64,000 nucleotides of DNA from a virus: positions 32,200 through 96,199 of IMG/VR virus record IMGVR_UViG_3300031715_000002. One strand, written 5' to 3'. Below the pieces are notes generated by a model. It saw only the letters and a list, made by a program, of their open reading frames with translations, ran no database searches and had not been told where the DNA came from. The translations under genes were made by a program, and so were the position numbers. Below are positions 18,126-27,400 of the stretch, one piece after another; the stretch's first letter is position 1, and each line of letters starts with the position of its first letter.

Positions 18126-18736
18126 TGTGCCGCTACCTCCGCTGTAGGTGCTTTGCGGGTGGCGGCATCGTATTGCTGAATACCCCAGACGATTGCATAG
18201 AGGCACCACAATAAGTGATAGGCGTACTCTTTTCCGTCTGGCAACTCGCAAGTGTCAAACTGAAACCCATCGTGCTTGAAGTCCCGAGCCGCTATCAGCA
18301 GATCTAGCTTACAGTCTTGGCAAAGCACCTCATCCCGTAGCGCTTCCATGACAGATTGCAACCGATCTCCTTCAAGGTCATAGTATTCAGTTAACTGGGC
18401 AACGAGGCGCTGCTTAAATAATTCCTCGGAGAATACCTTAGCCCCGTCCCTGCCGCCGTGCGTTCCATGCTGAAGTTTTTCAGCCCAATAGCTCGCATTG
18501 ATGCGCAGTTTGGAATCGCGGAAGAATGAGAACATGTCTGGCAATCGCGCGAATGTCCAGCACCCCATGTCGGCTGCGATTGTGAGAAACCCAGGCCACG
18601 TCACAAGATCGAACCACATATTCCAGTGATTGTCTGGACGCTTAAACTTGATGTGCCGATAAATCCCGCTATCGAGCAAAATGTTGATCTTGTGATCCCG
18701 AACATCGCGCAGGAAATCTTCAGGGGTTATGCTCAT
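18122..18736 (-). CDS. conserved hypothetical phage protein
   Basis: FDLVTWPGFL...DMFSFFR...INASYWAEKL. Confidence 0.75.
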   Translation of the reverse strand: MSITPEDFLRDVRDHKINILLDSGIYRHIKFKRPDNHWNMWFDLVTWPGFLTIAADMGCWTFARLPDMFSFFRDSKLRINASYWAEKLQHGTHGGRDGAKVFSEELFKQRLVAQLTEYYDLEGDRLQSVMEALRDEVLCQDCKLDLLIAARDFKHDGFQFDTCELPDGKEYAYHLLWCLYAIVWGIQQYDAATRKAPTAEVAAQ

Positions 18737-19302
18737 CGCGCAACCTCTTTCTCAGGCGACAATGCCGGATTAGAACAAATCAATCTGATGTGATGCCAGT
18801 ATTCCGCTGTAAGCCAATGGAAGCGCTGCGCGCTGTACCGACGAATGTCCAGCATTCCCAAATGGCCGTCCGAGGCAAAACCCTCAACCGCTCCAACCAC
18901 TTCGGCCCCCGGTAGCATTTGTGCTGTGGGATCATGAATCAGGTGCATCCATGCTATTCCAGAGACCAGAATCAATTTGGAGCACTCCAGGCAGGATGGA
19001 GCCATACTCGCGCAAGGCTTGTTGTCCCTCATCTTCACGTGCAACATCCATGATCCTGCTAGGCGTTCGAGAGCGGCGATTATTGCCGCCTGTTCAGCAT
19101 GAATCGCCGTTTTTCCACAGTTCCGTTTACATCGGTCGCTGCCATCACACTCAAACGGCCCTGGCTGATGATTGTACCCATGGGAGATGAACCGATTATC
19201 AGCGGAGGCAATGACCACTCCACGCTTGCTTTGACATGGCGAGTACGCCGCCGTTGAGAGAGCATACGGGACCCAAGAAGCAATTTGGGATTCGGTACTC
19301 AT
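18733..19302 (-). CDS. dCMP/cytidine deaminase-like protein
   Basis: SPCQSKRG, GYN, HAEQAAI, PSCLECSK zinc motifs. Confidence 0.85.
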   Translation of the reverse strand: MSTESQIASWVPYALSTAAYSPCQSKRGVVIASADNRFISHGYNHQPGPFECDGSDRCKRNCGKTAIHAEQAAIIAALERLAGSWMLHVKMRDNKPCASMAPSCLECSKLILVSGIAWMHLIHDPTAQMLPGAEVVGAVEGFASDGHLGMLDIRRYSAQRFHWLTAEYWHHIRLICSNPALSPEKEVAR

Positions 19303-19676
19303 TTCGCCGCCTCTTTCTCCGGCGACCACAGCGCCTCTTGCGGCTCATCGCCATTGCAGGCGCGACCGTCGCTCAATCTCTCTCCCCAGATCCAACGATT
19401 AACGTACCAGACAAATGCTATCGCCGCATCGCCAGCGTGGCCGGTGGCTTCATCAATTGCGGCTTCCAACCCGTTGCGCGGCGGCACATGGCCAGTCTCT
19501 TTGCTGAACTGCGCAACAATATCAGCATCCTGCGCGGCGAAGTTCAGGCAACCGTACCACGCGGGCAACACGATCTCACTAGTTGGCATCAGCGCGTGAA
19601 TGCGCTCTTGCACAGAGGCAACGGATTGCTTCGTGATGCGCCTTGGCGCACCAATGGCTTTTGACTTTTCCTTCAC
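19299..19676 (-). CDS. hypothetical protein
   Basis: GTG start behind a structured leader; 4-nt overlap with the deaminase gene. Confidence 0.65.
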   Translation of the reverse strand: MKEKSKAIGAPRRITKQSVASVQERIHALMPTSEIVLPAWYGCLNFAAQDADIVAQFSKETGHVPPRNGLEAAIDEATGHAGDAAIAFVWYVNRWIWGERLSDGRACNGDEPQEALWSPEKEAAK

Positions 19677-19833
19677 TGGCTTCCCTCGGCCTCTCGATAA
19701 ACCGCGAGAGGGGCGGGTCGGAGGCCGAGGAAGGCGTTAAGCGATCCCTACCCCTCGTCCCGCAGTTTCACAACACCCAACGTGGCCTACGCTGGATATC
19801 GTGAATAGTATTACGAATCCATTGTTAAGTCAA
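19677..19833 (-). promoter_or_regulatory. promoter plus structured leader
   Basis: TTGACT-17-TACTAT (19833-19805); hairpin loop CCTCGGCCTC complementary to GAGGCCGAGG over the RBS. Confidence 0.7.
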
Positions 19834-20019
19834 TAACAAATTTCACAGTGTTGGCTAAGCCCCTGTACCCTTTGGCCAGCGGCGTTGCGGTTCCAACTCC
19901 ACGGCCTTTGTCGTCTGCCGTTTCACTGGCTGTGGCGGGTTGTCCAGCAGGGACAAGAGGGCCTTCATCTTTGCGCGCATCCGTGGGTAGTGGGCTACTT
20001 TCGATTCCCGGCAGCTTGA

Positions 20020-21026
20020 GCGGCTCGCCGTCTCCGTGAGTACGTCCAGCGCCGATCTCTGGAGCGGACCTTTACGGAAGTTGGCGTCGATATTGGCGTG
20101 GACGAGAAGACCATCCGTAACATCTTCAACGAATACGTTGCGGATCTCGATGCAAAGTATTGGCCGCTCACGCCGAACTGGATTGGCATTGACGAACTGT
20201 TTCTCGTCCGCAAGCCCCGCTGCATCTTCACGAACGTCCAGCAACGCACCATCATGGACCTGTTGCCCAATCGAGATCAGGCCAGCGTTTTGAAGTGGCT
20301 CATGCGGCGACAACTGCGAGAACTGGTGGAAGTTGTCACGATGGATATGTGGCGACCCTACCGGAACGCTGCGCTCGAAGCGATGCCGAACGCCGTGGTG
20401 GTCGTTGACAAATTCCACGTTGTCAAAATGGCGAACCATGCTCTCGATTCCATCCGCAAAGGTCTTCGAGACGGCATGGACCTGAAGGAACGCCGGAAGC
20501 TCCTGAGAAGCCGCCACTTGATCCTTCGCCGCCGCAAGGATCTCAGCGACAAAGACTACGCAGCGATGGAAGAGTGGACGAACGCCATTCCCGCACTGTT
20601 CGCCGCCTACCAAGCCAAAGAGGACTTCTTCGACATCTATGAGTGCAAATCGAAGGTCGAAGCGATGGAACTCTACGACACCTGGAAGGCTTGCCTGGAC
20701 AAGCGAACCGCCGCTGCCTTCTTCGAGTTGATCCGAGCCGTGGATAATTGGCGTCCCGAAATCTTCAACTACTTCGATTTTCCAGGGGCCACCAATGCGT
20801 ACACGGAGGCCGCTAACGGCATGGCGAAGGTCGCCAATAGATTGGGCCGGGGATACTCGTTTGAGGCCATCAGAGCCAAGGTATTGTTCGGACAGGCCAA
20901 GCATATCAAGCGCCCCAAATTCGGAGAAACAGCGCTGGAAAGCGCTGACACCTACGGTGTGTCCCTGCCAAGTTTGATCGAGATGTTGGACGCAAATCAT
21001 TCAGACACACTCAATTCCGAATAGCC
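20020..21026 (+). mobile_element. tnp: 5'-truncated ISL3-family element (HTH + DDE domain, right end)
   Basis: GIDE, MDMWRPY, DKFHVV, TNAYTEAANG, GRGYSFE; ends ...CCGAATAGCC; lacks the zinc-finger N-terminus. Confidence 0.92.
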
Positions 21027-21419
21027 GATCTGCGGATTCTTCGGAATCGACACCTCCCCGATCCACTCGAAGCCGCCCGCCTCGAACAGATCCACCACCG
21101 CCCCCCGGAAGTCCCGCCGCCCCATGTACCCGTGCTGATTCTTGTACCGAAGGAGCTGCTGGATGTGAATGCACACGTTCCGCCCCGGCTTCATCACCCG
21201 CAGCAGTTGGTGGATGAAGAACCGCATATGCAGCCCGAACTGCGACCCCCGCATATCCACCCCGTCCGGGTTGTTCCCGATATCCTCCGGCTTCCCCGAG
21301 TACATAAAGAGCGCCCCGAACGGGATCGAACTCACCGTCAGGTCGATACTCTCCGGCTCCAGGTGCCCGAACATCGCCGGAATATTGTCCTCGTTCCAGA
21401 TCTGAGCGTTAATCCCCAC
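20997..21419 (-). pseudogene. DNA N4/N6 methyltransferase truncated by ISL3
   Basis: SIDLTVSSIPF, LLRVMKPGRNVCIH, RDFRG, IPKNPQ then IS end; SAM-binding half is missing. Confidence 0.85.
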
Positions 21420-22599
21420 AGACATCCTCCAGGAATGGCTGTACCACGCCATCCGCAAACATCGGCTCCAACACTGCATCCCCCGCCGGTTCGGTACCAT
21501 CCCACCCGCGCGGCCACGTATTCGCCTCAGTCAACTCACGAATCCGGGCTTCCTCCTCAGGGTTAATGAGGTCGATCTTCGGCTGCCCGACTTGCTCTGC
21601 TGCGTCGTTAATCTCCCCCTGCACACCCAGCACAGTAGACAACCCGAACTCGCGTGCCTCCATCGTCAACGGCCCGACCCTCTGCTGGTTTTGCGACAGC
21701 GTGCCATCCTTCCGCCGCTCGCCGCCCGCCTTACGGATGCGATGGGCGTGGTTGAAAGTCAGCTCCTCGTAGAGCGGCTTAAGCCGAAGAAGCGGGGCTA
21801 GGTAAGACCATTCCGGCCGCTCTACTACGCCGCGCAATGCCTTGTCTTGACTCGCCAGCGGACAACCGATACATCCGGTCCGTGCGTTGATCTCCACGGC
21901 CTCATCGCCGCCGTAGACGTTCGCCACCATCCGCGTCGGGTATTCGTGCTCCCCGAACATTAGCCAATCCCACACGTGGCATACGCGCCAGTGAAGCAAC
22001 GGAGCCAAGGTATCCGCCACCGCCTCCGGAGTCGCCTCCTGGAACCATCCCTGCCCGCACTCCGCCCCATCCCGCGAGCAACTCATGATAATCCTGCTGT
22101 CGCGCGCCGCAGATTCCCCTAGCCGGACCCCCGTGAGCATCAGGAGCTTCTCGCCGGCGGTTTCCCGGAGTTCCTTGAGCGCGTTCAACATCGGCTCGAT
22201 CTTGATCTGGCTGGTACACCAGCGAAATCGGTTCTTCGGCGGGGGAACCCCGCGGCCGAACATGTACACGAAGTAACGGTCGTCCATCGCCGGTAGAACC
22301 ACCCGCGCGCTAAAGCCCTTGCTCCGCAACTTCTCCATCATCCGCATCGCGGATACCTGGAGCGGTGGTATCTCCATCCGGGTGTCCGCATAAAGGATCG
22401 TCAGCGACTCCGGCCGTGGAATCACGCCACTCTCGATCAGGTGCGCGACAATCGTCACCGTCGCACTGGAGTCTTTCCCTCCGCTGTAAGCGATGGCCCA
22501 ATGCTTGAACCGCGGAGCGTACGCCCTCAGCGACTCCACCGTTAACTCGATGGATTTCGGTAGTGTCAGTCGCTCCGACTCGAAGAGATTTGCGTTCAT
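21409..22599 (-). CDS. PAPS-reductase family protein (DndC-like)
   Basis: AYSGGKDS, ADTRME, RWCT-QIKIEP, GVRLGESAARD, RTGCIGCP. Confidence 0.9.
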   Translation of the reverse strand: MNANLFESERLTLPKSIELTVESLRAYAPRFKHWAIAYSGGKDSSATVTIVAHLIESGVIPRPESLTILYADTRMEIPPLQVSAMRMMEKLRSKGFSARVVLPAMDDRYFVYMFGRGVPPPKNRFRWCTSQIKIEPMLNALKELRETAGEKLLMLTGVRLGESAARDSRIIMSCSRDGAECGQGWFQEATPEAVADTLAPLLHWRVCHVWDWLMFGEHEYPTRMVANVYGGDEAVEINARTGCIGCPLASQDKALRGVVERPEWSYLAPLLRLKPLYEELTFNHAHRIRKAGGERRKDGTLSQNQQRVGPLTMEAREFGLSTVLGVQGEINDAAEQVGQPKIDLINPEEEARIRELTEANTWPRGWDGTEPAGDAVLEPMFADGVVQPFLEDVCGD

Positions 22600-22808
22600 G
22601 CCGCCATCCCCTCCAGCGCTATCTTGTAATAGCGCTCCTGCTCCTCCGCGTCCGCCTCGAAGTTCCCCGCCTTGCGCAGGATATTCTCCAGGATCGGCCC
22701 CTCCAGCTCCACGATGAACGGAATATGAATCCGCACCTCCAAATGGTTATGGATGGCGTAGCCCATCATCAGTACGAATGCCACGATCACAACAGCAACC
22801 ATCATCAT
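22596..22808 (-). CDS. small membrane protein
   Basis: Hydrophobic N-terminus, coupled overlaps. Confidence 0.5.
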   Translation of the reverse strand: MMMVAVVIVAFVLMMGYAIHNHLEVRIHIPFIVELEGPILENILRKAGNFEADAEEQERYYKIALEGMAA

Positions 22809-22959
22809 TGCTTGCCTCCAGGCGGTATCAACCGCTCGCCTATCTCATCTGGCCTGTACCCGTGACTACGCAGTCCACAGCGTAGCCAATGCGTGCCGTT
22901 CCATTCGGCCACTTCCCAATCCTCCACGAAGCGGACCCAGTAGAAGCCGTGGGCTGTCA

Positions 22960-23160
22960 TCATTCCTCGCTGTCCTGTGCTTCCAGAACGCCGATTTGCT
23001 GGCCGGCGATGAACTCGCGATGCTCTGCGGTGCCAGCCGGATACGGATTACTCTGATGCGATTTTAGTTCGGAACTGGGCCATTCTGCTTGCATGTAGGA
23101 ATAGTAAACCTGCTGGCGTGGGGTCATCGCCTTGAACTGCTTCAGTTTTACCGGACTCAT
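22960..23160 (-). CDS. hypothetical protein
   Basis: NPYPAGT motif; coupled to neighbours. Confidence 0.55.
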   Translation of the reverse strand: MSPVKLKQFKAMTPRQQVYYSYMQAEWPSSELKSHQSNPYPAGTAEHREFIAGQQIGVLEAQDSEE

Positions 23161-23345
23161 AATTCCTCTTTCCGCTCTCGCAACGCCGTGATGATGCGGC
23201 TCGCCTCGGCAGTGGTCAATTCGTCCAGAAATCGGATGGTACGCCCCAACTCTTCGCTCATGAATGCCTTTCGCGCAGCGCGGTCGAACCCAAGATCGTT
23301 GAACAGGATCTCCAGATAGTTAATCTGTGGAGTCGTCGCATTCAT
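23157..23345 (-). CDS. hypothetical protein
   Basis: ATTPQINYL...LTTAEASRIITAL; GGAGG RBS. Confidence 0.6.
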   Translation of the reverse strand: MNATTPQINYLEILFNDLGFDRAARKAFMSEELGRTIRFLDELTTAEASRIITALRERKEEL

Positions 23346-23495
23346 ACCCGTCCTCCGGGTCATCCCACGGTGCGCAGCCAAAAGCAAAGAACAGTCCGCA
23401 CTTTCGACACCGATTGCCGTAGTACTCCTCAATGAAGAAGCACTCGCCACCTTTGGCGCAATCTACGCCGCTATTACCTTCCGTGAGGGCACTCA

Positions 23496-23732
23496 TCACA
23501 ATGGCCTTTTGCGATGTGTCGCGCCAGCAAACATCCCCAAATCTGCCAACCTCACAGATGCAGCAAGCATTGGGACCTGAAACGCCTTGCAGAATGCCTT
23601 GAGAAAATCATCATCCACAAGGCTTACGCCTTCTGGGTAATGCTTTCTAATCCATTCAAGCACCAGTCTCTCAGGCATCAGTAAGCACATGGCGAACAGG
23701 TTAGCTTCGCGGTCTTGCTCTACGGTGCTCAT
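23496..23732 (-). CDS. stand-alone C-terminal part of ImmA/IrrE (DUF955)-like protein
   Basis: REANLFAMCLLMPE...FQVPMLAASVRLADLG, with no HExxH. Confidence 0.6.
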   Translation of the reverse strand: MSTVEQDREANLFAMCLLMPERLVLEWIRKHYPEGVSLVDDDFLKAFCKAFQVPMLAASVRLADLGMFAGATHRKRPL

Positions 23733-24241
23733 ACCTGCACACACACTAAAGGCTGATTCTCGCTACCTCCAGCCTCTAGGAATAAACACGACTCGCGTCC
23801 TTTGAGGCGCACCGGACGACCAGCCGCTTTCTCTGTTTCCACCACTGCTTTGACTTGGGCCAATTTCTCTGGAGAGCGCCATTGCAATGCCAGAATCATC
23901 GCCGCTGGAAGATCCCGCTTGGCATCATCCTCGACCATATCGACAATCTCTTTGGCGAGTTCAGTCTTGAGTAACTTCACGTCTTCATCTGGCGCTCGAC
24001 GCATCTGCTCGACGTAGACCTCAAAGGCCCGCCAGACCAAAAAAGGGACAGACTTATCTGCCATCATCGTTTTCAGTAGGCCTTCTGCGAACTGCCGGAT
24101 TTGCTTTACCGGAGCGGCCAACATAGGAGTCAGCAATTCATCAATTCGCGCCTCATGCCTGTCGGCTTCGTCTTTATCGTGTGCGATAGCCAATCCGACA
24201 AAGACACGATGCCATTTCTCGATCATCTCTGTAACATTCAT
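23729..24241 (-). CDS. hypothetical protein
   Basis: Helical ORF; frame is open further upstream so the start is uncertain. Confidence 0.6.
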   Translation of the reverse strand: MNVTEMIEKWHRVFVGLAIAHDKDEADRHEARIDELLTPMLAAPVKQIRQFAEGLLKTMMADKSVPFLVWRAFEVYVEQMRRAPDEDVKLLKTELAKEIVDMVEDDAKRDLPAAMILALQWRSPEKLAQVKAVVETEKAAGRPVRLKGRESCLFLEAGGSENQPLVCVQV

Positions 24242-24444
24242 GGCCTTTTTCCTCTTGCGGCTAGGCTCCTTACATGCATAGAAGCAAATACAGCCGACCT
24301 CTCTCGCCCAATGAACCGGAGACGGATAACTCCGACTAGACACATTTAGCGCGTAGATAAACTTTCCAAAATCGTAGCAACTGAGTACGAGCGTTCGCAC
24401 GCCTTCGGCAGGATCAACCACCGATGTAGGTATATGCGGACCAC

Positions 24445-24699
24445 TCATTTCGCTCTCCCCTTCCACCTCGGAGTGGCCGCCGCCAACCACAACAGACCAG
24501 CGAGACGCTTCTGCCACTCTACTAAGGATTTGTCAGCCCAGTCTGCCGTATTCTGAATAGCACTCTCTACCGTATCGCCACATGAAGGAAAGGCAACGAG
24601 AAATACACGCTCCCAGAAATCGCGCTCCATTCCCCTCATAGTATCCGCAGCGCGAAGTGTCAATAGCGTTTCCTCAAAATTCATTTCGTTACTCTCCAT
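24445..24699 (-). CDS. hypothetical protein
   Basis: TAATG-coupled to the ATPase gene. Confidence 0.55.
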   Translation of the reverse strand: MESNEMNFEETLLTLRAADTMRGMERDFWERVFLVAFPSCGDTVESAIQNTADWADKSLVEWQKRLAGLLWLAAATPRWKGRAK

Positions 24700-26090
24700 T
24701 ACAAATTGACGATATGGAAATCGGAATCCGAGAGTCGCGAGATAAACCACTGCAACCCGGTTTGCTTCGCAGCGGCAACGAAGCTATCAAAGTGCGCCGT
24801 GTCCAAGCATTCCAGCCCGTCTGCGCACACGATGCCTAAATCTTTCGCGCGCATCGCGCCGATCTTAACCCAGAACTGCGTGCGCCGCTGCGTGTTGATT
24901 TCCGAGAGCGGTACGCCGTTGAGGTAGGGCACGCCGGCCTCGACCTTCAGCCCTGGTATCGGCAGATTCTTCATCAGGTCTTCGCGGATGGCGTCCACAT
25001 GAGCTATTGCCGCTGTCATGAGCGTAGATTTCTTTTCGAGCAAGTCTGCCACGCGCTCAGCCTCTTCAGCTATCTTGACGGTTTGTGCGGCCCGCTGTTG
25101 GCCCTCGGCGTTCTTACGCGCTTCAGCCTGTTCAGTTATCAACCGCTCGCGCTCCGGTCGCGTGTCGTCTTCCAGTTGCTTCAGCGCCGCCTGATGTTCG
25201 GCCATCAGGGTATCGACCGCAGATTGCGCCAGCGCCTTAGCAGCATCGGTACGCTTTGTGCGCTCCGCTTCCAGCAGCCTGATCTGCGCGTCTATCTCTT
25301 TGTCGATGGTTTCCTTTTCAGCGCGTAGCAACTCGGAGATATTCATCCGCGCTCCAGCCGTGTGCTTCTCGGCCGCAATGCGCGTCTCGGTTTGCTTGCT
25401 GGCAAGCGCTTGGATTTCCTCTTGGATGGCTTGTGCCTTTGCGCCCCAATCGACGCCATTCTGGGCTTCTGGGCCGATGGACTCACGCAACTGCTGTCCG
25501 TTAATCTTCTTGCTCTTGGCCTCCCGGTTCACATCCGTCCGGAGATCGTAGACGGTATTCGCAACCAACTTGAGAGCGTCAAGCGCCGGCAATTTCTCAG
25601 CCTTCTTGAGCGCGGCATTGACCTCCGGCGATGCCACATCGGCTACTGCGGCAATGAGCTTCGCCTTATCCAGCGTGAGCGGGATAGTTTCCAAGATAAT
25701 CTCAGCCTGCCGCTCCTCACTGGCATTCATCGCCTGCCCAATTGGGTCGATGGAAACCGAATCAAGTATGGATTCCAGAAACGTAGCGGGCGCCCCGAGC
25801 CTACCGGCTGAACTGCTCTTGATGCTGATGGCCTTTGCTTTCCCAGGCTCGAACGACCTGCGAATCTCCCAAGTCTCGCCCTCGTCTTCGATGACGGCGC
25901 GAATCTCGCCGCTAGTAGCGCCAGCGCGGAGCATACGCGGTTGCGCCTTGCCGAAAAGGCCAACAACCAACTGGATTAGGCTTGTCTTATTCGATCCATT
26001 TTTGCCAAGAGCCGCGACACACTCCCCGCATTCGAGAGAGAACGTCTCGAAGCCTTTTATGTTGCTGGCGGCGAGTGATTTAATCCTCAT
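24699..26090 (-). CDS. SbcC/SMC-like ATPase with coiled coil
   Basis: GKNGSNKTS Walker A, long coiled coil, C-terminal IVCADGLECLD. Confidence 0.85.
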   Translation of the reverse strand: MRIKSLAASNIKGFETFSLECGECVAALGKNGSNKTSLIQLVVGLFGKAQPRMLRAGATSGEIRAVIEDEGETWEIRRSFEPGKAKAISIKSSSAGRLGAPATFLESILDSVSIDPIGQAMNASEERQAEIILETIPLTLDKAKLIAAVADVASPEVNAALKKAEKLPALDALKLVANTVYDLRTDVNREAKSKKINGQQLRESIGPEAQNGVDWGAKAQAIQEEIQALASKQTETRIAAEKHTAGARMNISELLRAEKETIDKEIDAQIRLLEAERTKRTDAAKALAQSAVDTLMAEHQAALKQLEDDTRPERERLITEQAEARKNAEGQQRAAQTVKIAEEAERVADLLEKKSTLMTAAIAHVDAIREDLMKNLPIPGLKVEAGVPYLNGVPLSEINTQRRTQFWVKIGAMRAKDLGIVCADGLECLDTAHFDSFVAAAKQTGLQWFISRLSDSDFHIVNL

Positions 26091-26356
26091 GGCTTTCCTC
26101 CAGATGGAGCGCATCCAGGTCGTGGCCCAGTGTCTTCAATGACAGCCTTGAGCGTCCCGAGTACGGCGTTGCACCAAACGATACTGGCAGTGGCTTCCTC
26201 ATAGGCATGGCGACCCTTGACCGCATCCTCCATCACCTCTGAGCCAGTCCATGCAATGTAGTGAGTCTGAAGGCTGGCCATCAGTTCGTCCTTCAACGCC
26301 TGCTGTTTGGCGATGGCTTCGCGGATTTGGGATTCAGTTAGCATTAGTTTAACCAC
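26087..26356 (-). CDS. hypothetical protein
   Basis: Collinear coupled ORF. Confidence 0.55.
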   Translation of the reverse strand: MVKLMLTESQIREAIAKQQALKDELMASLQTHYIAWTGSEVMEDAVKGRHAYEEATASIVWCNAVLGTLKAVIEDTGPRPGCAPSGGKP

Positions 26357-26358
26357 GG

Positions 26359-26838
26359 CTATTTAACAAACACTTGCTGCGGCACTGCCTCCGCAACGCG
26401 CTTCTGCTTCGCTCTCAGTTTGGCGGCCATCTTATAAGCTCGCCCTCCGATGTTGTTCATGGATGACCGCCCCTCATCTAGCCATCGGTCGCGCCACTGT
26501 TCTCGCTTGGCTGGATCGTCAATCAATTCCAGGCCAGCCTTGTACGTGCTGCGGTCCTGCTGATACCCAATCAGGCAGGACTCGAAGCATTTCGCCAACT
26601 CAGCCGATTTCTCTTCGGTGACGCGGGTTATCAGGGCATCCAGCGTGCAACCGAAGTGCTCTTGGCAGTATTCCTCGTGGCCTCCTAAAAGAAACAGAGG
26701 TATCTCGATTGCCCCACCATCAATCGGCTTAAAGCCGTACTGGCCACTTCCGAGAAACAGGCAGGCCACTAGCGCCACGTCAAGTGATGGAGCCTCAATG
26801 GTGTATGGATCGCTTGGGTTAATGATTTCGTAGAGCAT
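26359..26838 (-). CDS. conserved hypothetical phage protein
   Basis: YEIINPSDPYT...RSSMNNIG. Confidence 0.7.
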   Translation of the reverse strand: MLYEIINPSDPYTIEAPSLDVALVACLFLGSGQYGFKPIDGGAIEIPLFLLGGHEEYCQEHFGCTLDALITRVTEEKSAELAKCFESCLIGYQQDRSTYKAGLELIDDPAKREQWRDRWLDEGRSSMNNIGGRAYKMAAKLRAKQKRVAEAVPQQVFVK

Positions 26839-26846
26839 GGATTTTG

Positions 26847-27062
26847 CTATCTTCCGTCCCCGTACCCGGACCCGTACCCGTACCCGTACCCGTACCCGGA
26901 CCCGGACCCGGACCCGGACCCGTCCCCGGACCCGTCCCCGGACCCGTCCCCGTACCCGGACCCGGACCCGGACCCGTCCCCGTACCCGGACCCGGACCCG
27001 TACCCGGCCCCGGACCCGGACCCGGACCCGTACCCGGACCCTATTTGAAGTTGCGTAGGCAT
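26847..27062 (-). CDS. Gly/Ser/Tyr/Asp-repeat protein
   Basis: (GS/GY/GD)n encoded by 6-bp repeats at about 26855-27040; usual neighbour of DUF6948. Confidence 0.7.
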   Translation of the reverse strand: MPTQLQIGSGYGSGSGSGAGYGSGSGYGDGSGSGSGYGDGSGDGSGDGSGSGSGSGYGYGYGYGSGYGDGR

Positions 27063-27391
27063 TTCTCAGACTCCTTCGAGCAAGGGATTATCTCGATCCT
27101 GCCTTGCACGAAATTTTCGGGCGCTTCAACCGACACCTTGCCGCCAGAGATACCAGATACGGCGATCTCAGTACAAGATAATGCCCCCTGCCAACTCCAG
27201 ATACGCCGTGTTTCCTTCAGTGTTACTTCTCCACCGTTTACTGCTGTGACGATGCCCACATGCACGCCAGCCGAGCAGCACCGCACGACACAGTATTTGC
27301 CGATAGCAGCGTGGTTACCGTTTTGCGCTGGCTGGCTGAAAAGCTTTGCCAATTCGCGCGCTTGTCCGATAGTCAGTTCGTCTATGTTCAT
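27041..27391 (-). CDS. DUF6948 domain protein
   Basis: IGKYCVVRCCSAGVHVG...RRIWSWQGALSCTEIAVSG...EIIPC. Confidence 0.8.
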   Translation of the reverse strand: MNIDELTIGQARELAKLFSQPAQNGNHAAIGKYCVVRCCSAGVHVGIVTAVNGGEVTLKETRRIWSWQGALSCTEIAVSGISGGKVSVEAPENFVQGRIEIIPCSKESEKCLRNFK

Positions 27392-27400
27392 AGGAATCCT

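Noticed and set aside
19985-20015. CTACTTTCGATTCCCGGC, similar to the IS end near 8591-8608
   Set aside because: Wrong orientation for the left end of copy B, and too short to call an IS end
19855-21000. 381-aa minus-strand ORF
   Set aside because: Mostly antisense to the ISL3 transposase; only the last ~55 codons may be the tail of a deleted gene
26837-27058. Repeat block as a CRISPR array, or the plus-strand RT/PG-repeat ORFs
   Set aside because: 6-bp microsatellite without spacers; the minus-strand Gly-rich ORF explains it
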